Assembly: GCA_937952215.1 (NCBI GenBank)
Contig: CALFZH010000008.1
Span: 34,661-98,660 of the forward strand
Direction of reading: 5' to 3'
DNA from: an uncultured bacterium
GTDB taxonomy: Bacteria > Planctomycetota > UBA1135 > UBA2386
Length of the DNA stretch: 64,000 bases
In this document: one piece after another, positions 46,222 to 55,913 of the stretch
How the letters are laid out: each line of letters starts with the position of its first letter
Position numbering within the stretch: position 1 is the first letter of the stretch
The notes under the pieces: model-generated
What the model was told of the DNA's origin: nothing
Seen by the model: the letters and a program-made list of their open reading frames with translations, nothing else
Databases searched by the model: none
Translations under genes and position numbers: made by a program

Positions 46222-46320
46222 GGGCACGGCGGTTCCCGAGGACGCAGGGTCTCGCTTCGTCCGGACACGCCGCCATGCCAGCGGGTTGACCGGATTCGTG
46301 ATCGCGGCGAGCCTCTGCGC

Positions 46321-48030
46321 ATGCGTTCTCGTCTCGCTGCGGCACTCGCCGCGTCGTCCCTGCTCACCGCGCTCGCCGCGCAGACGCCGGTCGTGACCTG
46401 GGCCGGCGAGACGATGCGGCTGCGCTCGGCGAGCGTCACCGCGGGCACGGGTGGGGCGTGGAACGTCACGCTGCAGATGGAGAACGACAACGTCAACGCC
46501 TCGCTGCCGTCGAGCTTCCGCCGGTGGTGGCACTGCCAGATCGCGAACCTGCCGGCCGCCGGCGCGACGCTCGTCATCAGCGTCACGAACGCCGGCTACA
46601 CCGACATCATCCTGCCGGTGTGGGCGCTGTCGGCCGATGGCGTCACGTTCGGGTCGTACGGCCGCGTGCCGACGAGCGCCTTGCCGGTGCTGCAAGGCGG
46701 CAGCACGCATCGCTTCACGCTGGTGACGCCACCGAGCGTGCCCGCGATCCGGCTCGCCAAGTACTTCCCGTACTCGGTGACGCGCAAGGACGCGTGGCTG
46801 GCGACGCTGGCTGGCCATCCGCGCGTGCGCTCGATCGTCTCGCTCGGCAATTCGCAGCAGGGGCGCCCGATCCACAAGATCCAGCTGACCGACAGCAGCG
46901 TGCCCGATGCGCAGAAGCAGCGCGTGTGGATCCACGCCGGCATCCATCCGTCGGAGACCACGAGCTACTTCACGGTCGAGGGATTCGTCACCTGGCTGCT
47001 GTCGGGCAATCCGTACGCCGAGGTGCTGCTCGACCACGCGTTGATCGAGCTGGTCCCGATGGCCAACCCCGACGGCGTGTTCCTGGGCAACTACCGCGTC
47101 AACGCGAACTCGGTCAACCTCGAGAACGAGTGGGCGTCGCCGTACACGAGCACGCAGCCGGAGATCGTCGCGCTGCGCACCGCGATCGAGGGCTACATGG
47201 GCACGGTCGCGAGTCCGGGCAGCAACCCGATCCGGGTGCTGCTGAACATGCACAGCTCGCACAACGTCAACTACCCGTTCCACTTCCAGCACGTCAGCAA
47301 CCCGAACTGGAACGCCACGACGAACAACACTGGCGTGATCCCGGTGGTCAACCTCGTCGAGGGCCAGTGGATCGTGCGCTTCAAGGCGCGCAGCCCGTTC
47401 GTGAACCTCGGCACCACGCAGAGCAGCTCGCTGACCTCGCGCCCGTTCGTCGAGTCGATGTGCCACGACCGGTGGACCGCGCAGAACGGCTGGCTCAACG
47501 CGCCCGGGTTGCAGTCGCCGGTCATGGCGATCACGTTCGAAGGCACCTACGGCCGCGGCCCGGACACGGTGGCGTGGAACACCGAGGCCGACTATCGAAC
47601 CTGCGGCGCCGAGATGGGGCTGGCCTTGTTCGACCACCTCGGCCTGGCGCTCACGGCCAGCGCGGTCGCCTACGCGGGCCCCTGCGCCGTGGCGACGCTG
47701 TCCGCCGCGCTGAACCCGCAGCCCAACGGCAGTCATCAGGCCAACCTGCAGGTCGTCGGCGCGGTGTCGCAGGCGCTCGGTCTGCTGGCGCTGGGCGCAC
47801 AGCAGCAGGCGGTGCCGCTGCCCGAACCGTATGCGGCGTGCACGCTGCTCTGCACGCCGGACGTCGTGGCGACGTTCGTCTGCGACGGCGCCGGCATCGG
47901 CACCTTCTCGTTCCCGATGCCCGCGATCCCCGGCATCGGCGCCTTCCTGCAGGCGTTCACCGTCGACGCGACGCAGCCGAGCCTGCCGCTCGACGCGACG
48001 AACGGGCTGCGCATCCAGAACGATTACTGA
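46321..48030 (+). CDS. Secreted M14-family zinc carboxypeptidase with the shared C-terminal module
   Basis: Signal peptide MRSRLAAALAASSLLTALAAQ. IHAGIHPSETTS is the HxxE zinc site. Also PMANPDG and LNMHSSH. Confidence 0.85.
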   Translation: MRSRLAAALAASSLLTALAAQTPVVTWAGETMRLRSASVTAGTGGAWNVTLQMENDNVNASLPSSFRRWWHCQIANLPAAGATLVISVTNAGYTDIILPVWALSADGVTFGSYGRVPTSALPVLQGGSTHRFTLVTPPSVPAIRLAKYFPYSVTRKDAWLATLAGHPRVRSIVSLGNSQQGRPIHKIQLTDSSVPDAQKQRVWIHAGIHPSETTSYFTVEGFVTWLLSGNPYAEVLLDHALIELVPMANPDGVFLGNYRVNANSVNLENEWASPYTSTQPEIVALRTAIEGYMGTVASPGSNPIRVLLNMHSSHNVNYPFHFQHVSNPNWNATTNNTGVIPVVNLVEGQWIVRFKARSPFVNLGTTQSSSLTSRPFVESMCHDRWTAQNGWLNAPGLQSPVMAITFEGTYGRGPDTVAWNTEADYRTCGAEMGLALFDHLGLALTASAVAYAGPCAVATLSAALNPQPNGSHQANLQVVGAVSQALGLLALGAQQQAVPLPEPYAACTLLCTPDVVATFVCDGAGIGTFSFPMPAIPGIGAFLQAFTVDATQPSLPLDATNGLRIQNDY

Positions 48031-48062
48031 CGGAGCGGGCGGCGGCGGTATCCTGCCGACCC

Positions 48063-48926
48063 GTGAGCTACCGCGTCGAGCTCCCGGTCTTCTCGGGGCC
48101 CATGGATCTGCTGCTGCACCTCGTGAAGCAGCAGGAGGTCGACATCCACGAGGTTCGCATCGCGCGCATCCTCGAGGACTACCTCGCGCACCTGCGCGTG
48201 CTGCAGCAACTCGATCTGCAGGACATCGGCGACTTCCTGGTGATGGCCAGCACGCTGATGGAGCTGAAGTCGCGCGAACTGCTGCCGAACGAGGCGGTCG
48301 AGATCGAGCAGGAGCTCGATCCGCGCGACGACCTGATCCGGCGCCTGCTCGAGTACAAGCGGTACCGCGATCTGGCGCGTGAACTGGACGCGCGCGCCGA
48401 CGTGCGGGCGCGCATGGCGCCGCTGGTGCTGCCGCAGCCGCCGCACCTCGTCGACCCCGCCGACGAAGACCTGCTGGACCTCGGCGAACTGGGCATCTGG
48501 GACCTGACGTCGGCGTTCGCGAAGCTGCTCGACGAGATCGGCCAGCAGGGCCCGATGCACGTCGAGGTCGAGAAGCGCGACGTCGGCTTCTACACGGCGC
48601 GGCTGCTCGCGACGTTCCGGCAGCGCCGCGAGGTGAAGTTCTCCGAGATCTTCGACCGCACCGAGGGGCGCTACGGGCTGATCGGCACGCTGATCGCGCT
48701 GCTCGAGATGATGAAGCAGGGCTACCTGCGTGCGATGCAGGATCGTTGCTTCGACGAGATCCACCTCGCGTTCCGCGGCGACGACTCGGTCACCGCCGAC
48801 CAGATCCTCGCCGGCATCAGCGCCGACGAGGCACGCGAGCGCGAGCAGGCGGAAGCGCGGGCGCAGATGGCGGAGACTTCGGAGTCCGCGCAACCGGCGG
48901 CGGCCGACGACGCGTCCGCCGGCTGA
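48063..48926 (+). CDS. scpA: Segregation and condensation protein A
   Basis: LPVFSGPMDLLLHLVKQQEVDIHEVRIARILEDYLAHL...FLVMASTLMELKSRELLP. GTG start. Confidence 0.88.
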   Translation: MSYRVELPVFSGPMDLLLHLVKQQEVDIHEVRIARILEDYLAHLRVLQQLDLQDIGDFLVMASTLMELKSRELLPNEAVEIEQELDPRDDLIRRLLEYKRYRDLARELDARADVRARMAPLVLPQPPHLVDPADEDLLDLGELGIWDLTSAFAKLLDEIGQQGPMHVEVEKRDVGFYTARLLATFRQRREVKFSEIFDRTEGRYGLIGTLIALLEMMKQGYLRAMQDRCFDEIHLAFRGDDSVTADQILAGISADEAREREQAEARAQMAETSESAQPAAADDASAG

Positions 48927-48958
48927 TCGGGCGACGCCCGACGAAGCCGGCACCGATC

Positions 48959-49600
48959 TCAGGAGTGCGGTCGATTGCGTGGCCCTTCGCGTCCGAGCAG
49001 CGCCGGCAGCCGCGACGCGAGCGCGCGCAGCGCCTTGCCGCGGTGGCTGAGCCGGTCCTTGGTGGCTGCGTCGAGCGTGGCGAACGTCTTCGCCGGATCG
49101 CCGCCGAACTCCGTCGGCACGAAGATCGGGTCGTAGCCGAAGCCACCTTCGCCGGCCGGCGCGGTCAGCAGCGTGCCGGTGCAGCGTTCCTCGATCGCCG
49201 CGAGCACGGCACCGTCGGGGCCGCACACGCACACGCTGCAGACGAAGTGCGCGGTGCGAGCCGGTGCGGGCACGGCTCGCAGTTCTTCGAGCAGGCGCAG
49301 CAGACGGCCGCGGTCGTCGAGCCCCGGGCCGCCGTAGCGCGCCGAATGCACGCCGGGCCGGCCGCCGAGCGCGTCGACGCACAGGCCGCTGTCGTCGCCG
49401 AGTGCGGGAGCGCCCGCCAGCTTCGCGAGCAGCGACGCCTTGACGAACGCATTGCCGGCGAAGTCCGGGCGATCCTCGACCGGAGCGAACGGCGCGCCGA
49501 GGCGATCCGGCGTGCGCAGTTCGATCGCCAGCGGCTGCAGGATGCGGGTCAGCTCCGCGACCTTCTTCTGGTTGTTCGACGCGATCCAGAGCAGCGCCAT
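48959..49600 (-). CDS. rdgB: Non-canonical purine NTP pyrophosphatase (RdgB/HAM1)
   Basis: MALLWIASNNQKKVAEL, DDSGLCVDALGGRPGVHSARY, GEGGFGYDPIF and SHRGKAL. Confidence 0.93.
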   Translation of the reverse strand: MALLWIASNNQKKVAELTRILQPLAIELRTPDRLGAPFAPVEDRPDFAGNAFVKASLLAKLAGAPALGDDSGLCVDALGGRPGVHSARYGGPGLDDRGRLLRLLEELRAVPAPARTAHFVCSVCVCGPDGAVLAAIEERCTGTLLTAPAGEGGFGYDPIFVPTEFGGDPAKTFATLDAATKDRLSHRGKALRALASRLPALLGREGPRNRPHS

Positions 49601-49611
49601 CGGCACCTCGT

Positions 49612-50334
49612 TCAGATGCCGAGCGACTTCTTCTGCAGTTCGATCAGCGCAGCGCACGTCGCCTGGCCCATCGCGACCATTTGCTGGAACTGCTCGATGG
49701 CGAACGGGCGCTTCTCGGCGCCGCCCTGCACTTCGATCAGCCGCCCGTCGGCCGCGCCGACGATGCTGAGATCGACTTCGGCCGAGCTGTCCTCCTGGTA
49801 GTCGAGGTCGACCATCGGCGTGCCGCCGACGACACCGACCGACACCGCCGACACCAGCCCGCGCAGGGGCCACTTCGGCAGCATCTTCTGCTCCTCCATC
49901 CACAGCAGCGCGTCGTAGAGAGCGACCACCGAGCCGTTCACCGACGCCGTGCGCGTGCCGCCGTCGGCGGACAGCACGTCGCAGTCGACCCACAGCGTCA
50001 CCTCGGGCAGGGCAGCGAGATCGACGGCGCACCGCAGGGCCCGGCCGATCAGGCGCTGGATCTCGAAGCTGCGGCCATCGAGCGGTCGGCCGGTGCGGCC
50101 ATCGCGCGGCTTCCGCGGCTGGCCAGCGCCAGGCAGCATCGAGTACTCCGCCGTCAGCCAACCGCCCTGGTGACGGTTGTACATCCACTGCGGAACCTGG
50201 TCCTGCACCGACACCGTGCACAGCACCTTGGTCTTGCCGCACTCGACCAGGACCGACCCGGGCAGGTCGGTGTAGGAGCGGGTGAACGTGACGGGCCGGG
50301 GCTGATCCGGCGGACGGTTGTTCTTGCGTGCCAG
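49612..50334 (-). CDS. rph: Ribonuclease PH, probable CTG start
   Basis: The track ORF starts at V (50226), inside the conserved domain. The in-frame upstream sequence (L)ARKNNRPPDQPRPVTFTRSYTDLPGSVLVECGKTKVLCTV aligns with the canonical RNase PH N-terminus. A GGAGGA RBS (50346..50341) lies 6 nt before the CTG (50334..50332). No ATG, GTG or TTG lies between the in-frame TAG (50364..50362) and 50226. Confidence 0.85.
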   Translation of the reverse strand: MARKNNRPPDQPRPVTFTRSYTDLPGSVLVECGKTKVLCTVSVQDQVPQWMYNRHQGGWLTAEYSMLPGAGQPRKPRDGRTGRPLDGRSFEIQRLIGRALRCAVDLAALPEVTLWVDCDVLSADGGTRTASVNGSVVALYDALLWMEEQKMLPKWPLRGLVSAVSVGVVGGTPMVDLDYQEDSSAEVDLSIVGAADGRLIEVQGGAEKRPFAIEQFQQMVAMGQATCAALIELQKKSLGI

Positions 50335-50361
50335 GGGTGGTCCTCCGAAGGGCGGAGCACC

Positions 50362-51561
50362 CTACCCGGCTGCGAGGACCGTGGCGAGCGCAGTGCGCAG
50401 TTCGTGGGCGCCGAACGGCTTCTGGATGTGGTGCAGGTGCGGCCAGCGCGCGCCGCCGGCGACGCGGCCCGGGGCCAGCACGAAGATCTTCAGCTCGGGC
50501 GCGACCGTGCGGATCGTCGAGCCGAGCGCGTCGGCGTCGTCGAGGCGCTGCACGTCGTCGACGATCAGCAGTTCGAAGCGGTCCGGCGTCGCCTCGAGGA
50601 ACGTGCGGGCCGACGCGCCGTCGGCGCACGCGAACACCGCGCGCCCGGTGGCCTTCAGTTCGCTCGCGAGCATTGCCCGCACCGACGGATCGCTCTCGAG
50701 CACCAGGGCGCCGCCGTAACGATGCGCAGCCGCCGGTGCCGGCGGCGTCACGTCGATCGGCGCGGCGTCGGCGGCGGCGGCGGGGCTGGCGACCGGCCAT
50801 TGCACGACCGCGCGCACCGAACGGCGCGGCAGGTGCGTCAGCGCCAGTTCGCCGCCGTGCGCGGTGATCAACTGGCGCGCGGCTTCGAGGTCGAGCGCGA
50901 ACGCCGCATCGTCGTACGGAGAGCCAGCCGCCGCCTCGGCGTCGGCAACCCACTCGAGCGCGAACTCGAGCTGCACGCAGGCATGGCTCGCGGCGAAGCC
51001 CAGCTCGCTGACGATCGCGAGGTGCGTCGCGCCGCGCTCGGCGCGGAGCAGCGACGCGCACAGGAACAGCAGCGCATCGTGCGCCACGGCCGGCGGCACG
51101 GCGATCGGCGGCAGGTGCACCGACGGCTCGTGGCAGATCTCGAGGCCGAGTTGCTGCGCCTGCAGCTCGCGCTGGATGGCGACCAGCAGCGGTGCGATCG
51201 CGGTGACACCGCCGACGGTGGTCGGGCGGCGCGCGGCGATTGCGCGCAACTTGCGGTGCATGGTCCGCAGCCGCTGCACGGCGCCGAGCATGGCCTCGGC
51301 CGCGGCGGGCAGCCGTTCGTGGTCGGGGGCGGCCTCGATCAAGCGATGTGCCCCGACTTCGACGCCCGACGAGAGGCTCGCGAGTTCCTCGGCGATCGAA
51401 TGCGCGAGCTGCCGAGCCTCGACGGTGCATGGCGCGCGGACCGGGCCCGGGTCGGCCGGCGGCTTCGACGCTGTGCTGGCGCGTGCGTGCGCCCGTCGGC
51501 GCGCATGCGCGACGAACACGGCGAGCAGCGCGCCGGCGGCGAACCAGGCGAGTTCGATCAC
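50362..51561 (-). CDS. Membrane-anchored histidine-kinase-like protein fused to a receiver (REC) domain
   Basis: N-terminal TM segment. Candidate H-box is LAHSIAEELASL. The ATPase-lid region is degenerate (..LITAHGGELAL). The C-terminal REC has LVLESDP, ELLIVDD and KPF. Confidence 0.6.
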   Translation of the reverse strand: MIELAWFAAGALLAVFVAHARRRAHARASTASKPPADPGPVRAPCTVEARQLAHSIAEELASLSSGVEVGAHRLIEAAPDHERLPAAAEAMLGAVQRLRTMHRKLRAIAARRPTTVGGVTAIAPLLVAIQRELQAQQLGLEICHEPSVHLPPIAVPPAVAHDALLFLCASLLRAERGATHLAIVSELGFAASHACVQLEFALEWVADAEAAAGSPYDDAAFALDLEAARQLITAHGGELALTHLPRRSVRAVVQWPVASPAAAADAAPIDVTPPAPAAAHRYGGALVLESDPSVRAMLASELKATGRAVFACADGASARTFLEATPDRFELLIVDDVQRLDDADALGSTIRTVAPELKIFVLAPGRVAGGARWPHLHHIQKPFGAHELRTALATVLAAG

Positions 51562-51647
51562 GGGACGAGGGCGGGTCCGGGGACGAGCCGGGCCAAGCTA
51601 GTGCGATGCGCGAGCGCTGTCGAGTGGAGCGCCCGCGCGCCAGGCGG

Positions 51648-52576
51648 TTATCCGGAAGCAACGCCCAGGTGGAAGTCGTGCACCAGCGTGCCCTCGCAGT
51701 TGGCCGCTGGTGCTGCGACCACGGCGCCGTCGACGAGCAGCACGTCGTTCGCGCGCACCAGCGTGAACGCAACGAAGCTGCGGCCATCGCCGTCGACGAC
51801 CTCGCGCACCGGCGTGCAATCGTGCGCGATCGCCTCGCTCGGGATGCCGAGCCAGCGCAGCCGCAGTCGCTGGCGCGCGAGCCGGTTCTGCAGCGCGATG
51901 CGCACGTGCAGTTGCCGTTCGTCGACGCGACCCGCGAGCGTGATCGTGACGTCCCAGCCCGACGCGCTGCGACCGATGCGACCCTGCAGCTTCAGCCGCG
52001 AGCCAGCGGCGCTCTCGAGGTACTCGACCGGCTGCAGGAACTGCGCCGAGAACAGGCGCGGACGTTCGTCCGCCGCGCCGACGAAACCGTCGAGGCTGCC
52101 GTGGTCGGCGCGCGCCTCGAAGCGCAGGCAGTTGCTCGAGTGCAGTTCGGCATCGCGATCGACGAACAGCACGCCCTCCTTGCGGGTGAAGCGCACCCGC
52201 GCGCCACCGCTGGCGACCAGCAGGTCTTTGCGGCGGCGCAGTTCCTTGCCGGCTCCGGGCCGGCGAGCGCGATCGCCTCTTCGAGGCGGGCAGCGAAGCC
52301 GCGCGCGGTGCCGTCCTGCACGGTTCCGGACCACAGGTCCTGGTGGGTGTTCGCGGCGTAGGGCTGCAGGTGTTCGCGGCTGGCGGCGCAGGCCGCCATC
52401 GCCCGCTGCGCGCGCCACTGCAGCAGCTTGAGGTCGATGCGGCAGTCGGCGGCGCCAGGGCCTGGCGGCGCCCACGGTTCGGCGGGGGCGTCCGCTTGGC
52501 GAACGACGTTGGCGAGGGTCGCGGCGGCTCGGTCGGGGTGCGACCTCGGCAGAACGGGCATCGGCCGGATCTTCAT
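51648..52576 (-). pseudogene. Hypothetical gene with an apparent frameshift near 52250-52262
   Basis: Frame A (from ATG 52576) reads MKIRPMPVLPRSHPDRAAATLANVVRQ...WRAQRAMAACAASREHLQPYAANTHQDLWSGTVQDGTARGFAARLEEAIALAGPEP. The coding-like sequence then continues in another frame as GKELRRRKDLLVASGGARVRFTRKEGVLFVDRDAELHSSNCLRFEARADHGSLDGF...TLVHDFHL, ending at stop 51648. Confidence 0.4.
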
Positions 52577-52651
52577 CTGCGGTTGCCGGGGTTGCCACCG
52601 CCGCGTCGTCGGTTTCAGCGCGGCGAGCCAACTGCCGATGAGACCGCGCGA

Positions 52652-54061
52652 ATGAACCAGGTCCGAGTGCAGGGCGATCCGTTCGGTGATGGCGTCGTGG
52701 CGACGCGGCTGCGTGCGTTCGTGCAGCACGCCCACGAACGCGGCCTGCGCTGCGCGATCACGCTGCCGAGTGGTGGGCATCGACCGCTGCCCGACACCCT
52801 GGCGGCGATCACCGTCCCTGCCGTGTCCTCCTCGGCGCCGGTGGTGGTCTTCGCCGCGGCGCGAGAACTCGGCGACGCGGCGCTGGCGGCGGGTCTGCGC
52901 TGGCCGCGCGCCTGCGTCGTGATGCCGGCGACCGACGGCGCCGCGGTCGCGGGACTCGTCGACCGCGTGCGGGCCGAACTGCGCTGGGCCGGTGTCGCGG
53001 ATCCGGCGGCGGCGCTGACGGAACGCGAACTGCAGCCGTGGTTCGTGCTGCCGGTGCCGCCAGCCGACGGACCGATCGTGACTCTTCATGACGGCGATGC
53101 CGACAGCGGCGTCGCGTCGGCGATCGCCGCGTGGCGCGAAGTCGGCGCCGCGACCGGTCGGGGTCTGCGCGTCGTCGTGACGACCGACGAGCCGTCCGCG
53201 CTCGCGTTCGTCGGCGAAGTGCTCGGCGACGACGTGCTCGGGGTCGAGGTCGTGGTGGGGCCGTTCGCGCCCGTGCATCTGTTCGACGCCAGCCTCGTCG
53301 TGCTGCCATGGCGGCGAGTGGGCGGGACGCGGGCGCTCGTGCAGTCGCTCGCGGCCGGACGACCGGTCTGCGCGTCGTGGTTGCCGCCGGTGGCCGAACT
53401 GCTGCCGCCGGTCGCGGCGTGTCCGATCGTCGGCGACGTCGCGCCGGACGGGAGCTTCACGCCCGCACCCGGGGCCGTCGCGGCCGCGATGCGCGCGGGC
53501 CTCGAGCGCTGCCACGATGCGATCGCCGTGCGCACCTTCGTGCGCGAAGAACTGACGGCCGACCGCTCTTCGCCGCCGCCGTCGCCGATCCGCGGGCCTG
53601 GCGCGCGGCCAACCGTCGTGTTCGAGGTCGTGCTGGGCGACGACGGACCATCGGTCGCCGGCGGCATCGACGTCGTGCGTGCGGTCCTTGCCGACGACGT
53701 CGTCGACGTGCGCCTCGTCGCCACCGCGGTGGCGGACCACGGCATCGCGGCGCTGCGTGCGCGCGCCCCGGAACTGGTCTCGCGCCTGACGCGCGATCCT
53801 GGCGTCGTCGCGGCGTGGATCGGCATCCCCTCGCCGTGGTTGGCCGTGCGTCCACCGTGCCGGACGTTCGTCGCGGCGAACGCTACGCCCGTGCTGTCGT
53901 CGCACGCCGCACCGGACGTCGTGCTGCTGCCGGCGACGTTCGCGTCGGCAGTCGCACGAGGCCTCGCGGCGATCGCCGGCGTGCGGTGCGAGGAGCCGCT
54001 GGTGGCTCTGCCTGCGGCACCGCGCCGCACGACCGTTGCTCCGCTGGCGGCCGTGCGCTGA
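52652..54061 (+). CDS. Hypothetical protein with degenerate GT-B glycosyltransferase-like halves
   Basis: LRVVVTTDEPSALAFVGEVLGDD.LGVEVVVGPFAPVHLFDASLVVLPWRRVGGTRALVQSLAAGRPV resembles a GT4 C-terminal half that has lost the Glu of the E-x7-E motif. Assignment is weak. Confidence 0.4.
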   Translation: MNQVRVQGDPFGDGVVATRLRAFVQHAHERGLRCAITLPSGGHRPLPDTLAAITVPAVSSSAPVVVFAAARELGDAALAAGLRWPRACVVMPATDGAAVAGLVDRVRAELRWAGVADPAAALTERELQPWFVLPVPPADGPIVTLHDGDADSGVASAIAAWREVGAATGRGLRVVVTTDEPSALAFVGEVLGDDVLGVEVVVGPFAPVHLFDASLVVLPWRRVGGTRALVQSLAAGRPVCASWLPPVAELLPPVAACPIVGDVAPDGSFTPAPGAVAAAMRAGLERCHDAIAVRTFVREELTADRSSPPPSPIRGPGARPTVVFEVVLGDDGPSVAGGIDVVRAVLADDVVDVRLVATAVADHGIAALRARAPELVSRLTRDPGVVAAWIGIPSPWLAVRPPCRTFVAANATPVLSSHAAPDVVLLPATFASAVARGLAAIAGVRCEEPLVALPAAPRRTTVAPLAAVR

Positions 54062-54106
54062 CTGGCGCGGCTGGCATTCCGACCGCACCCGAGCTAGGAC
54101 GAGCCA

Positions 54107-54928
54107 ATGCACGAGCCGAACGACGCCACGATCACCGAGCGCCTGGCCTTCGCGGCGCGCATCGCCGAGGCGGCGGGGCACCGCTTGCTGTCGCTGCGCG
54201 CGAGCGGCCGCTGGCCGGACGAAGGCGTGCTCGGCGACGTCGCCGACCAGGCTGCCGACGGCTATCTGCAGGGTTCGCTGCGCGCCGCCTTCCCGGACGA
54301 TGGCATCCTGTCCGAGGAGACGAAGGACGCGCCCGAACGGCTCGCGCGGCGTTGGACGTGGATCGTCGATCCGCTCGACGGCACCAAGGAGTACTCGCAG
54401 GGCCGGCACGACTGGGCGGTGCACGTCGGGGCAGCGCTGGACGGGCGGCCGTTCCTCGGCGCGGTCGCGCTGCCGGCGGCGGGACGCGTCATGCGCGGCG
54501 TGTTGGCCGCGGGGCGCGTCGGCGCGTGGCTACAAGGCGAGGGCGGCGAATGGCCGACCGAGCTGGCGCGCGACGAGGGAGCGGCGAGCGGGCGTCGACT
54601 GCGCATCGCCGTCAGCCGCAGCCACACTCCCGACTTCGTCGCCCGGGTAGCCCGTGGCCTGGACGACGCCGAACTCGTGCCTTGCGGCAGCGTCGGCTTC
54701 AAGGTGGCGATGCTGCTGTTCGGTCGCGCCGACGTCTACGTGCACAAGAAGGGCCTGAAGGAGTGGGACACCTGTGCGCCCGAGATCGTCGCCCGCGCCG
54801 CCGGCTGGTCGGTGTGCCGGTTCGATGGCCAGGAGCAGCGCTACAACCGCCCGGACCCACGCAACGACGAGATCGTGGTCTGCCGGCCGTGGCTGCGCGA
54901 ACGCGTGCTGCGGCTGCTGTCGCCCTGA
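54107..54928 (+). CDS. cysQ: 3'(2'),5'-bisphosphate nucleotidase / inositol monophosphatase family
   Basis: ILSEET, WIVDPLDGTKEY, GSVGFK and EWDTCAPE. Confidence 0.85.
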   Translation: MHEPNDATITERLAFAARIAEAAGHRLLSLRASGRWPDEGVLGDVADQAADGYLQGSLRAAFPDDGILSEETKDAPERLARRWTWIVDPLDGTKEYSQGRHDWAVHVGAALDGRPFLGAVALPAAGRVMRGVLAAGRVGAWLQGEGGEWPTELARDEGAASGRRLRIAVSRSHTPDFVARVARGLDDAELVPCGSVGFKVAMLLFGRADVYVHKKGLKEWDTCAPEIVARAAGWSVCRFDGQEQRYNRPDPRNDEIVVCRPWLRERVLRLLSP

Positions 54929-55019
54929 AGTCCGGAGTGGCTGCCGATCGATGAACAGAACCCCGGTGCGTCCTGGCCTCCGGTATCCCGCCGCGTAACG
55001 TGCGCCCGCTCGCTCGCCG

Positions 55020-55898
55020 ATGACCCTCGTTCGCAACTACGACGCTGCCACCGCGACGCGGGGTGCGTGGCGCCACGCGCTCGGTCTGCTCGACTACCCG
55101 GCGTTGGTCTGGCGGAACCGGTTCATGGTGCAGAACTTCCTGCGCCGCGACCTGATGAGCCGGGTCAACGGCAGCTTCCTCGGCATCGGCTGGATGCTGC
55201 TGCAGCCGCTGTTCCTGTTCGCGGTCTACTTCCTGATCTTCGGCGTCTTCTTCGACCGTACCGGGCAGGGACCGAACGCCTCGTTCGCGATCTACCTGTT
55301 CTCGGGAGTGATCGTCTTCCACGCGCTCGCCGAGGCGACGACGCAGTGCAGCACGTTGATCGTCGACAACGGCAACCTCGTGAAGAAGGTGGCGTTCCCG
55401 GCGGAAGCGCTGCTGGTGCCGCCCGTCGCGTCGTCGATCGTCACCTACCTGGTCGGCGCCATCGTCTGCCTGATCGCCGGCCTGGCGATCGGCGTCGCGC
55501 GCCCTGGTTGGCTGCTGCTCGCGTGGCCGCTGGTGATGGCCGTGCAGTTCGTGTTCACGCTCGGTGTCGGCATGCTGCTCGCGAACCTCTACGTGTTCGT
55601 GCGCGACATCGCGCAGTTGTGGCGGATCCTGGTGATGGCGTGGATGTTCCTGTCGCCGGTGTTCTGGGCGCAGGACCAGCTCGAGGGCATCCCCGAGTGG
55701 GCGCGGTGGACGATGATGAACGTGAATCCCGCCTACCCGCTGCTGCAGGCGCATCGGCTGGTGCTCGGCGGCGATGCGGCCAGCCTCGGCCCGTTCTGGC
55801 CGCAGCTCGGCGTCGTTGCCGCGGCGTCGTTCGTCCTGTTCGTGGTCGGCTACGGCGTGTTCATGAGCCGCAAGCACAAGTACTCCGACCTGATCTAG
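55020..55898 (+). CDS. ABC-2 type polysaccharide/glycolipid export permease (Wzm/KpsM/TagG-like)
   Basis: RDLMSRVNGSFLGIGWMLLQPLFLFAVYFLIFG, six TM segments, and an ABC-2 signature region NGNLVKKVAFPAE. Confidence 0.88.
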   Translation: MTLVRNYDAATATRGAWRHALGLLDYPALVWRNRFMVQNFLRRDLMSRVNGSFLGIGWMLLQPLFLFAVYFLIFGVFFDRTGQGPNASFAIYLFSGVIVFHALAEATTQCSTLIVDNGNLVKKVAFPAEALLVPPVASSIVTYLVGAIVCLIAGLAIGVARPGWLLLAWPLVMAVQFVFTLGVGMLLANLYVFVRDIAQLWRILVMAWMFLSPVFWAQDQLEGIPEWARWTMMNVNPAYPLLQAHRLVLGGDAASLGPFWPQLGVVAAASFVLFVVGYGVFMSRKHKYSDLI

Positions 55899-55913
55899 GT
55901 CGGGTGCGGGCGA

